Shown here in pieces: positions 1 through 7,695 of a stretch of 16,310 nucleotides of DNA (position 1 is its first letter; each line of letters starts with the position of its first letter). The stretch is from Armatimonadia bacterium (GTDB lineage Bacteria; Armatimonadota; Zipacnadia; Zipacnadales; UBA11051). The notes beneath the pieces were generated by a model that saw nothing but the letters and a program-made list of their open reading frames with translations, was not told the DNA's origin and made no database searches. The position numbers were made by a program, and so were the translations under genes. The stretch spans positions 1 to 16,310 of the forward strand of contig JBDKRC010000316.1 in the NCBI GenBank assembly GCA_039683575.1, given 5' to 3'.

Positions 1-1574
1 TTGGGCTTCTCGGTTTTGGCCTGGAAGTAGATCACGTCGCCGGGCTTGACTCTGACCGGCTCGGGCAGGATGCCGCGATGAAGCTGGCTGATGTCGAGCT
101 TGACGGTCTCGTGGGTGCCGTCCGGGCGCGTGCGGATGAGGATGCCGCTTTCGAGGCGGGCACTCTGCGGGCCGGCGAGGCCGCCGAGGGTGACGTAGTC
201 GAGCAGCGTCAGCTTGGGATCGTAGTCCACGAGGCCGGCGCGGGAGAACGCGCCGAGCAGCGCGACCTTGCCGACGTCCGGCACGAACACGACGTCTCCG
301 GGTTGGAGCTGCGGGTTGTGGCGCATGTCTCCGAGTTCGAGGGCGGCAGTGGCGTTGGCTACGAGGTGTTCGTCGCCACGGTAGACGCTGACGCGGCTGT
401 AGTCGGCGCCGGGGCCCTTGCCGGAACTGCCGAGGATCTTGAGCAGCGAGCGGCTCTCCTGATCGCGGATGTCTATGGTGCCGGGACGCATGACAGCGCC
501 CATGACCAGGACTTCTTCCTGCGGCGCGCGCGGGACGATGAGGACGTCGCCAGCCTTTAGTTCGATGTTCTGGGTCATGTCGCCACGGCGCCAGAGAGCC
601 TCGAGGTCGAGCTTGCAGACCTCGGTGCCGCGGCGGAGCTCGGCCTGACGCAGGCCCGCGAGGGGCGTGAAGCCGCCAGCGCGGATGAGGGCCTCGAGGA
701 CCGTGATCGGGTGATCAGGGACGATGCTGGCGGGCGCGCCGACTTCGCCGGCGATGGTGATGCGGCCGGCCTGGGGCACGATCAGGACGTCTCCGCCCTG
801 CAGGGAGTAGTTCTGGCGCAGTTCGCCGCGTTGCATCAGGGCGACGAGGTCGATTTCCTCGGGATTGCTCTGGCCGCGGCGGACGAGCATGGCGCGGGCT
901 CGGTCAGCTCCGGCGGTGAGGCCGCCCGCAAGCTGCGTCAGGGCGTCAACCACGCGGAACACGCGGCCGAGGGGGACGGTGTAGGAGCCGGGGCGGGTGA
1001 CCTCGCCCAGGACCGTCAGGCGCTCGTCATAGGTGGGGACGAAGATGCGGTCATCCCAGGCGAGCGGCAGGTTCACAGGGAGCGGCTGGGCGGTGCGCAG
1101 GCCGGTAAGGTCCACCGTGGCCAGTTCACCGCTGGCGTGGCGGACGGTCACCTGGCCGAGGTCGGCTTCTTCGGTAAAGCCTGCCGCGACGACCGCGTCG
1201 GTGACGGTTGAGCCGAAGGGCAGTAGCTGGGGGCCGGGCTTCTCAACCCGGCCACTGACGAATACCTTGCGGCGGGAAGCATTTTCGTCGAGGGCAACAC
1301 TCACGTAGGGGCGGCGGATGACGTCGGAATAGAGCTTGGCAACGAGGTCTCGGGTTTCGGTGAGGGTTTTGCCCACCACGGGGACGCTGCCGACGATGGG
1401 AAGGGGGATAGAGCCGCCCGCGCCGACGGGGAGAGTTCCGCCAAGACGCTCCTCGCCCAGGACGTTGACGATGATGACATCACCCGACTGGAGCCGGTAG
1501 TTGTCATCCACGGTCAGAGGCTGGGCGTTGACGGCGAGGCTTGAGGCAAGCAGTAGTATGAGCACAAGCAGCAT
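1..1574 (-). CDS. Polysaccharide biosynthesis/export protein (Wza/KpsD-like, Poly_export domain plus about 5 SLBB repeats); 3' end runs off the window
   Basis: Manual translation, absent from the ORF track because it has no stop in the window. ATG at 1574 follows a GAGG SD-like motif. Sequence begins MLLVLILLLASSLAVNAQPLTVDDNYRLQSGDVIIVNVLGEERLGGTLPVGAGGSIPLPIVGSVPVVGKTL, i.e. signal peptide plus a Poly_export-like 'YRLxxGDxIxVxV...GxIxLPxVGxVxVxGKT' motif. Repeated SLBB-like units follow (VFVSGRVEKPG, LTVLGEVTRPG, ITIAGEVGAP, VLVMGAVMRPG, VALLGAFSRAG), most ending in a 'LxxGDVxxVP'-type motif. The frame stays open to position 3. Confidence 0.9.
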   Translation of the reverse strand, partial: MLLVLILLLASSLAVNAQPLTVDDNYRLQSGDVIIVNVLGEERLGGTLPVGAGGSIPLPIVGSVPVVGKTLTETRDLVAKLYSDVIRRPYVSVALDENASRRKVFVSGRVEKPGPQLLPFGSTVTDAVVAAGFTEEADLGQVTVRHASGELATVDLTGLRTAQPLPVNLPLAWDDRIFVPTYDERLTVLGEVTRPGSYTVPLGRVFRVVDALTQLAGGLTAGADRARAMLVRRGQSNPEEIDLVALMQRGELRQNYSLQGGDVLIVPQAGRITIAGEVGAPASIVPDHPITVLEALIRAGGFTPLAGLRQAELRRGTEVCKLDLEALWRRGDMTQNIELKAGDVLIVPRAPQEEVLVMGAVMRPGTIDIRDQESRSLLKILGSSGKGPGADYSRVSVYRGDEHLVANATAALELGDMRHNPQLQPGDVVFVPDVGKVALLGAFSRAGLVDYDPKLTLLDYVTLGGLAGPQSARLESGILIRTRPDGTHETVKLDISQLHRGILPEPVRVKPGDVIYFQAKTEKP

Positions 1575-1635
1575 GTTTTGCCTCTAGGCGGCGCGCTGGG
1601 CGCGGGAGGAAAAGGACGTATCGAGGTGTTTAGAT

Positions 1636-1665
1636 ATTGTATTGAGGTCGGAGTGACGTTGTCAA
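1636..1665 (-). promoter_or_regulatory. sigma70-type promoter for the export gene
   Basis: Minus strand TTGACA (1665-1660), 18-bp spacer, TACAAT (1641-1636), about 60 bp upstream of the ATG at 1574. Confidence 0.7.
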
Positions 1666-1675
1666 GGATGGGCAA

Positions 1676-1932
1676 GGGTGTATCCGAGTTCAGTAGGTAG
1701 ACCGGCCCCGCAAATTGCCCTCGGTCGTCCGAGCGGCTTCCAGCCGTGCCGGCAGCGGCCTACCGACCATTCTTGTCGATTCAGTCCAGCTTGGCGGCTC
1801 AGCAGCTCCGCAGGTCTGGAAGACCTGCTCCAAGCGCGTAGCCCTCGCGGCTGGAAGCCGCTCGTACGACTGGGTGGCATGCGAAGAGGAATGGCTGAGA
1901 CGACAGTCTACCTACTGAACGCGGGCGCACCC
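1676..1932. mobile_element. MITE (non-autonomous element) with terminal inverted repeats and 9-bp target-site duplication
   Basis: Left end GGGTGTATCCGAGTTCAGTAGGTAGAC (1676-1702) matches the reverse complement of the right end, GGGTGCGCCCGCGTTCAGTAGGTAGAC (1906-1932), at 23/27, with the inner 15 bp perfect. GATGGGCAA directly flanks both ends (1667-1675 and 1933-1941). No credible internal CDS. Confidence 0.85.
1724..1870. repeat. Inverted REP-like doublet plus a third REP-like hairpin inside the MITE
   Basis: GTCGTCCGAGCGGCTTCCAGCCG (1724-1746) and CGGCTGGAAGCCGCTCGTACGAC (1848-1870) are 22/23 inverted, each with a CGGCT-TCC-AGCCG hairpin. A further hairpin GCAGGTCT-GGA-AGACCTGC lies at 1810-1828. 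Confidence 0.8.
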
Positions 1933-1948
1933 GATGGGCAACTGACAA

Positions 1949-1978
1949 CTGACAAGTGTTGTCATAATCGTGTATAAT
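1949..1978 (+). promoter_or_regulatory. sigma70-type promoter for the PBP1A-PBP2 genes
   Basis: CTGACA (1949-1954), 18-bp spacer, perfect TATAAT (1973-1978), then SD-like AGGTGG before the ATG at 1998. Confidence 0.6.
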
Positions 1979-1997
1979 CTTACTCAGGTGGTCTAAC

Positions 1998-4358
1998 ATG
2001 CTTACGCGCGGGGCGCTGGAGCGCTACGCTCGCTTCTATCGGCTTCTCAGCGCCTGTCTTTTGATTGGCACCATTGCGGGTATAGGGTTCCTCGGCGGCA
2101 CTTACGTCGAGGTGCGTAAGGACTTGCCCGACCCTGAGAACCTGGAAGCTTACCGTCCGCGGTTGACCACCCAGATCTTCTCGACCGAGATGATGCCTGA
2201 CAAGACGGAGAGGCACACGCTCTTGGGGCGGGTGTTCAAGGAAGACCGGGAGCCCGAGGAACTGCGGAATGTTCCGGAGTTCCTGCAGAAGGCTACGGTG
2301 GCCATCGAGGACCGGCCGTTCTACCGGCACCGGGGGATTGACCCCAAGGGGATCATGCGGGCGATAGTGGTGAATATCCGCAGTGGCGCCATGGCCCAGG
2401 GCGGTAGCACCATCACCCAGCAGCTGGCGCGGAACATGTGGCTGACGCGGGAGAAGACGATTCCACGGAAGCTCAAGGAGATGTTGCTGGCGGCGGAACT
2501 GGAACGGAGGTTCTCCAAGGCCGAGATACTGGAGATGTACCTCAATGAGGTTTATTACGGCCACGGGGCCTATGGCGTCAAACGTGCGGCGCGGTTGTTC
2601 TTCAATACCAGCCCGAAGTATCTGAGCCTGGCGCAATGCGCGCTGTTGGCGGGATTGCCGCGGTCTCCGATTGCGCTGTCGCCGTACAGCTTCCCGGCGC
2701 GCGCCCGCGCACGGCGGCACCAGGTGCTGCTGGCGATGGTACACCAGGGGTTCATCACGCCGGAGCAGTTCAAAGAGGCTGATGAGGAGCCCCTGCAGCC
2801 GAAGCTGGCGAAGCTCAAAGAGCGGGGCATCACGGCCTTCAAGGCTCCTTACTTCACCCACATGGTGATTCGGAGCCTGTGCGATCAGTACGGCGACGAC
2901 CAGGTGTATGGCGGGGGCTTGCAGGTCTACACGACGCTGGACATGCGGGCCCAGGAGATAGCGGAGGAGGAGCTGACCAAAGGGATAGAGTCATTGCGCC
3001 GGCAGGGGGCCATCCGGGATGGCCTTACGGGGCAGGGCGCGATGTGCGCGGTGGAGGTCAAGACCGGGAACGTGCTGGCGATGGTAGGCGGCGTGGGACC
3101 ATATGAGAAGACGCAGTATAACCGGGCGCATCCGGGGCGCAAGCCATTTGGCCGGCAGCCGGGATCGTCCTTCAAACCGTATGTATGGGCTACAGCGCTT
3201 GAGTACGGCTACGGGCCCAACTCAGTCTTCAGCGGCAGCCCGATCAGCATCGCTGACGGGACCGGGAAGTACTGGACCCCGAAGAACTACAGCCCACGGC
3301 AGGGCGGGAGCTACACGCTGAGGCACGCGCTGGAAGAGTCGGTAAACCTCGTGTCAGTGCGGATCGTGAAGAAGCTGGGCGTGGAGACGGTGCGCGAGAA
3401 GACCTCACAGATGCTGAACATCCCGCGGGAGCGGATCAGACCGTTCTACTCGCTGGCGTTGGGTGCGAACGAGCTTTCGCCGCTGGAACAGGCGACGGGG
3501 TACTGCGTCTTCGCCAACGGCGGGGAGCGCCCCACACGGAACTTCATCCGGCGGATTACCACGACGTGGTCGGGTGACATCATCTTCGAGCCGCGTCCTG
3601 AGTACCTGCGGGTGATCCGGCAGGATACTGCGGTCAGCATGATCTCGATGCTGCGCAGCGTGGTCACCTCCGGGACCGGGCGGCGGGCGTATGTGGAGGG
3701 GCAGCCGGCCTGCGGCAAGACGGGTACTACCAACAGCGGCCGCGATGTGTGGTGGGTTGGGTTCACGCCGGACCTCAGCGCGGCGGTCTGGGTGGGCAAC
3801 GACAACAACGCGCCGATGCCGCGGGGGACAGGCGGGGGCTTCTGCGCGCCGATCTGGTCGCGGTTCATGTCGCGGACCTGCAAGGAACTGGGGTTCCATG
3901 GGGAGTTCCCGTCAGGGTCCGGGGTGCGATCCAGCAAGCATGGCGGCGGCAGCGACTCAGAGGAGAGGAAGAAGGACGATGGCGAGGACCGGGGCTCGCG
4001 CACGGTGACCATATGCGTCAGCACCGGTCGTCAGGCTACGTCCTACTGTCCCGCGACGGCTGAGCGGACCTTCCGGTCCGGGCAGGTGCCGGGGCGCTGC
4101 ACCACGCATGGCGGCGGCGCGAAAGGTGAGGGCGAGGTGCACAAACGCGAGCACCGGTCGAGTGCCCCGGCGGGTGACAGTGGCGGCGGGAGCTACACGG
4201 TGTGCGCCAAGAGCGGCTTGCGGGCGGGGCCGAATTGCTCGCAGACCATCGAAAGCAGCCGCGCGCCGAGTGGCACTTGCCATTCGTGCGGCTCCAGCGG
4301 GCGAGACAAGCCCGAGACGAAGTCCGATTCGAAGCCCGAGTCGAAGAAAGAGAATTGA
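1998..4358 (+). CDS. Class A penicillin-binding protein (PBP1A family; transglycosylase plus transpeptidase) with Cys-rich C-terminal repeats
   Basis: N-terminal TM helix. GT51 motifs EDRPFYRHRG, GGSTITQQLARN, RKLKE and KAEILEMYLN. Transpeptidase motifs SSFK (SxxK), SVN (SxN) and KTGT. Confidence 0.95.
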   Translation: MLTRGALERYARFYRLLSACLLIGTIAGIGFLGGTYVEVRKDLPDPENLEAYRPRLTTQIFSTEMMPDKTERHTLLGRVFKEDREPEELRNVPEFLQKATVAIEDRPFYRHRGIDPKGIMRAIVVNIRSGAMAQGGSTITQQLARNMWLTREKTIPRKLKEMLLAAELERRFSKAEILEMYLNEVYYGHGAYGVKRAARLFFNTSPKYLSLAQCALLAGLPRSPIALSPYSFPARARARRHQVLLAMVHQGFITPEQFKEADEEPLQPKLAKLKERGITAFKAPYFTHMVIRSLCDQYGDDQVYGGGLQVYTTLDMRAQEIAEEELTKGIESLRRQGAIRDGLTGQGAMCAVEVKTGNVLAMVGGVGPYEKTQYNRAHPGRKPFGRQPGSSFKPYVWATALEYGYGPNSVFSGSPISIADGTGKYWTPKNYSPRQGGSYTLRHALEESVNLVSVRIVKKLGVETVREKTSQMLNIPRERIRPFYSLALGANELSPLEQATGYCVFANGGERPTRNFIRRITTTWSGDIIFEPRPEYLRVIRQDTAVSMISMLRSVVTSGTGRRAYVEGQPACGKTGTTNSGRDVWWVGFTPDLSAAVWVGNDNNAPMPRGTGGGFCAPIWSRFMSRTCKELGFHGEFPSGSGVRSSKHGGGSDSEERKKDDGEDRGSRTVTICVSTGRQATSYCPATAERTFRSGQVPGRCTTHGGGAKGEGEVHKREHRSSAPAGDSGGGSYTVCAKSGLRAGPNCSQTIESSRAPSGTCHSCGSSGRDKPETKSDSKPESKKEN

Positions 4359-6292
4359 GCGGGAATTTGTCGAGTCACACGCAGGTGCGTTTGCACGTAT
4401 TGGCCTTGATCGCCCTGGCAGGGCTGCTGCTCCTGGTAGGGCGTCTTTGGATGTTGCAGTTGACCAACTGGGCGGAATGGGCGCGCGCGGCCGCGGGTAA
4501 CCGCGAGAGCGTGACGTACACCCCCGCGCCGCGTGGCATCATCTTCGACCGCAATAACGCCGTGCTGGCCGAAAACCGCCCGGTGTGGAATGTCAGCATC
4601 ATCCCCTCGAAGTTCCCCCGTGACGAAGCCGAGGCCGAGCGTGTGATCGTGCAGTTGGCAGGAATCCTGGGGGTCCCGTCTCCCGAACTGCGTGAGAAGG
4701 TCAAGGCGGCCTGCAGCAAACGCGGCCTTGAGGCAACAGGTCTGGACGGAATGGGCGAAGACATCCCGTTCAGAATGCTGGCGCGGATTGAGGAGCAGGC
4801 CCTGCCGGGAGTGGTGGTGGTTGAGGCGAGCGTGCGCAGCTACCCCTTCAAGGGTCTGGCGGCGCACGTACTGGGCTATGCACGAGGAATCAACGACAGC
4901 CAGTACGAGCAAGTCAAGGAACTGAAGTATCCTTTCCAGGATGAGGAAGCGCTCGGTGGCATAGAACTGGGCGAAGAGGAGCCCCTGTACAGCCGGGAGT
5001 CCATCTACGGACAGGCAGGGCTGGAAAAGCAGTATGAGATTGACCTGAACGTGGCACCGCCCGTGCCAATCCTGAGCGGGCGACGCGGGCGCACGGTGTA
5101 TGAGGTGGATGCGGCGCAGCGGCCGGTGAGGCTGATCGAGCAGCGGCCGCCTGTCGTGGGGGCGTCGGTTTACCTGACGATGGATGTGAAGGTGCAGCAG
5201 GCGGCGGAGGAAGCCTTGCGCGGGGCTATCGCGGGGTATCCCAACCGGACCGGTGCGGCGGTGTGTGTGGATGTGGAGGACGGCGGGATCATCGCAATCG
5301 CGAGCCTTCCTGCGTACAACCCTAACGACTGGGTCAAGCGTATCCCTGCGAAGCAGTGGGCGGCTCTGACAGCCAATCCACGTGTCCCGCTCATGAACAA
5401 GGCGACTTCCGGCGAATATCCGCCGGCTTCAACCTTCAAAATGATCAGCATGTCGGCGGCTCTCGACCGGCTCAAGTGCACACCTGAAAAGCGCTTCTAT
5501 TGCTCGGGAGGAATCCACGAGGGCCCGCTGCGCTTCGGATGCTGGAAACACGGCGGACACGGCAGCCTGAACTTCAGACAGGCCCTGGCGCAATCGTGCG
5601 ACGTGTTCTTCTACGAAGTGATTCGCCAACAAGGCCTTTCGCCGGATGAACTCAGTGAGTATGCGCGCATGTTCGGCCTGGGCGAGAAGACGGGGCTCGA
5701 CGTCCCCGAGGAAAGGGCCGGTCTGGTGCCCAGCACGCGCTGGAAGCGCGAACGGTACGACGAGCGCTGGTGGACGGGCGACAGCCTGAATATGGTCATC
5801 GGGCAGGGCGCGACGTCGGCAACGCCGCTGCAGATGGCAATGGTGTGTGCTACGGTCGCCAACGGTGGAGACCTGCTGCAGCCGCATCTGCTCAACCGGA
5901 TCGCGTGGCCCAAGCACCTGAAGCTGGCCGACACGGTCTACGGCAAGCGAGTGCGGCGGCATGTGGATGTGCGGCCAGAGACGCTGCAGATAGTGCGCGA
6001 GGGCATGCGGCTCGCGGTGGTGGGCGAAGGTGGCACGGCAGGAGCCCTACGTGATTTCCCGATAAGGGTGGCCGGCAAAACCGGCTCGGCTGAGCACATG
6101 GACAACCGGCCGCCACACGCCTGGTTTGTCTGCTTTGCGCCCTATGAGAAGCCCAAGTACGCTATTGCGGTGTTTGTGTCCGAAGGCGAGCATGGCGGCA
6201 GCACTGCGGCTCCGGTGGCCCGGAAGATACTGGCGGCGCTGTATAACCTGAAGGGTGCGGGCGGGGCGGGAACGGCGGCGCCGTCGGACTAG
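4355..6292 (+). CDS. mrdA: Penicillin-binding protein 2 (class B, MrdA)
   Basis: N-terminal TM helix followed by 'RLWMLQ...GNR...PAPRGIIFDRN', 'RSYP...AHVLGY' and 'GLEKQYE'. Transpeptidase motifs STFK, SCD and KTGS, plus a CWKHGGHG loop typical of MrdA. Start reassigned from 4202 to the in-frame TTG at 4355, which overlaps the PBP1A stop (TTGA). TTG 4367 is an alternative start. Confidence 0.92.
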   Translation: MSGNLSSHTQVRLHVLALIALAGLLLLVGRLWMLQLTNWAEWARAAAGNRESVTYTPAPRGIIFDRNNAVLAENRPVWNVSIIPSKFPRDEAEAERVIVQLAGILGVPSPELREKVKAACSKRGLEATGLDGMGEDIPFRMLARIEEQALPGVVVVEASVRSYPFKGLAAHVLGYARGINDSQYEQVKELKYPFQDEEALGGIELGEEEPLYSRESIYGQAGLEKQYEIDLNVAPPVPILSGRRGRTVYEVDAAQRPVRLIEQRPPVVGASVYLTMDVKVQQAAEEALRGAIAGYPNRTGAAVCVDVEDGGIIAIASLPAYNPNDWVKRIPAKQWAALTANPRVPLMNKATSGEYPPASTFKMISMSAALDRLKCTPEKRFYCSGGIHEGPLRFGCWKHGGHGSLNFRQALAQSCDVFFYEVIRQQGLSPDELSEYARMFGLGEKTGLDVPEERAGLVPSTRWKRERYDERWWTGDSLNMVIGQGATSATPLQMAMVCATVANGGDLLQPHLLNRIAWPKHLKLADTVYGKRVRRHVDVRPETLQIVREGMRLAVVGEGGTAGALRDFPIRVAGKTGSAEHMDNRPPHAWFVCFAPYEKPKYAIAVFVSEGEHGGSTAAPVARKILAALYNLKGAGGAGTAAPSD

Positions 6293-6490
6293 GCGACGGC
6301 GAAGACAGAGAACAGAAAACGGAAAACAGGCGGAGGGGGAACTGGGAACCCCGTGAGGCGGAGAGACCCGCGGAGATTTTTGGCCGAAATTGCGGAGTTT
6401 GGGACCTGCTTATATGGGAGATGTGGAGGCAGAGAGGCGCGGAGACGGTTGTTAGGGTGAGGTGAGAGAAGGAGCCAGGTTGGTGGCGGA

Positions 6491-6526
6491 GATCCTTCGT
6501 CGCGGACGGCGCTCCTCAGGATGACA
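6491..6526 (-). repeat. Solitary TGTC/CGTC-tagged palindromic repeat
   Basis: Minus strand TGTCATCCTGAGGAGCGCCGTCCGCGACGAAGGATC, 32/36 identical to the core of the array at 9943-10170. Confidence 0.8.
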
Positions 6527-6613
6527 GAGGTGGTCGGGGATGGGTGAGGGGCGAGGTGTGGGGGAACAGGTCTCAGGCTTAGCGAAGCGCAGGAGCCCCA
6601 ACGGGAAAGTGTC

Positions 6614-7681
6614 ATGATAGTTCGGGAAACACAACGGTCGCAATGGAATGAGTTTGTCGCCGGCTCCGAGGCCGGCGATTTCATGCAGGCTTGGGAATGG
6701 GGGGAACTGAAGGAGCGGACCGGCTGGCGGCCGTGGCGGCTTGCGGTATGCGACGGTGAGACGATTGTGGGGGCAATGCAGATACTGCAGCGGGGACTGC
6801 CCGGCGGCAAGAGCCTGTTCTATGCCCCGCGTGGGCCGCTTTGCGATTTGCGGGATGAGGAGACGCTGGGGAAACTGCTGGAGGAGGCCCGGGGGCTGGC
6901 GCGGAGGGAGAAGGCCCTGGCACTGCGGGTGGACCCGGCGGTTGAGGCGGAGGAGGCTGATTGTGCCGAGGCGCTGCGGAAGGCGGGCTTCAAGCCCTCG
7001 CCGGGAGCAGACAGCAGCTTCGGGGGCACGCAACCGCGATACGTGATGAAGGTGGACATCAGTATGGATGAGGAGGCGCTTTTAGCGTCCTTTCATCCCA
7101 AGTGGCGGTACAATCTGCGGCTGGCAGAGAAGAAGGGCGTGCGGATCACGAGCGAGTGCTCTCGTGAAGACGTGCCCGTGTTCTATGAGGTGCTGCAGGA
7201 GACATGCAAGCGCGACGGGTTCGCGGTGCGGGCGATGTCCTACTACTACGACATCTGGGACCTCTTGATCGAGCGAGGGCTGGGAGCCATGTTTTTGGGG
7301 CGAGTGGAGGACCAAGTGGTCTGTGGCGCTCTCACTTTCGCGCTGGGACGGCAGGCGTGGTATGTGTACGGGGCGTCCAGCAACCAGTTTCGCAATACGA
7401 TGCCCAATCATCTCATGCAATGGGAGATGATGAAATGGGCCAAACAGCGCAATTGTGACGTCTATGATATGCGTGGAGTCGCGCGCGAAACGGGCTCAGA
7501 AGGGGAAGAGGCCGGTCTGCACGGGCTGAACCGGTTCAAAAGAGGTTTCGGGGCGGTGTACAGCGAATACCTCGGGGAATTCGACCTGGTATACTCGCCG
7601 CTTTGGTATGGGCTCTTCAATTTCGCAGAGGCGGCACGGAGGTCGCGACGGCACCGTCGCGCGGCCGCAGCAGCCGAATGA
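6614..7681 (+). CDS. FemABX-family lipid II:amino-acid transferase (peptidoglycan bridge formation)
   Basis: Motifs 'FMQAWEWGELK...GW', 'YAPRGP', 'LRVDP', 'QPRY', 'KWRYNLRLAEKKGV', 'YVYGASS', 'MPNHLMQWEMMKWAK', 'YDMRG' and 'GLNRFKRGFG' are characteristic of FemAB/FemX proteins. Confidence 0.92.
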   Translation: MIVRETQRSQWNEFVAGSEAGDFMQAWEWGELKERTGWRPWRLAVCDGETIVGAMQILQRGLPGGKSLFYAPRGPLCDLRDEETLGKLLEEARGLARREKALALRVDPAVEAEEADCAEALRKAGFKPSPGADSSFGGTQPRYVMKVDISMDEEALLASFHPKWRYNLRLAEKKGVRITSECSREDVPVFYEVLQETCKRDGFAVRAMSYYYDIWDLLIERGLGAMFLGRVEDQVVCGALTFALGRQAWYVYGASSNQFRNTMPNHLMQWEMMKWAKQRNCDVYDMRGVARETGSEGEEAGLHGLNRFKRGFGAVYSEYLGEFDLVYSPLWYGLFNFAEAARRSRRHRRAAAAAE

Positions 7682-7695
7682 ACTGGGGTGAGATC

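Noticed and set aside
78-1308. Plus-strand ORFs 78..560, 711..1211 and 1033..1308
   Set aside because: Antisense shadows of the minus-strand SLBB export gene.
1662-1999. Short ORFs within the MITE region as transposase remnants or peptides
   Set aside because: No transposase motifs, and the translations are read-through of palindromic repeats and promoter sequence.
4202-4354. N-terminal extension of MrdA from GTG 4202
   Set aside because: It overlaps the PBP1A tail by more than 150 bp, whereas TTG 4355 gives the usual short cytoplasmic segment before the TM helix.
6305-6330. Degenerate heptamer run (ACAGAGA ACAGAAA ACGGAAA ACAGG), also ACTGACA twice at 1941-1954
   Set aside because: Too short and degenerate to assign a function. 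Likely low-complexity intergenic repeats.
6289-7033. Minus-strand ORFs 6289..6810 and 6452..7033
   Set aside because: They overlap the well-supported fem gene and translate the palindromic repeat ('VILRSAVRDEGS'). Not credible proteins.
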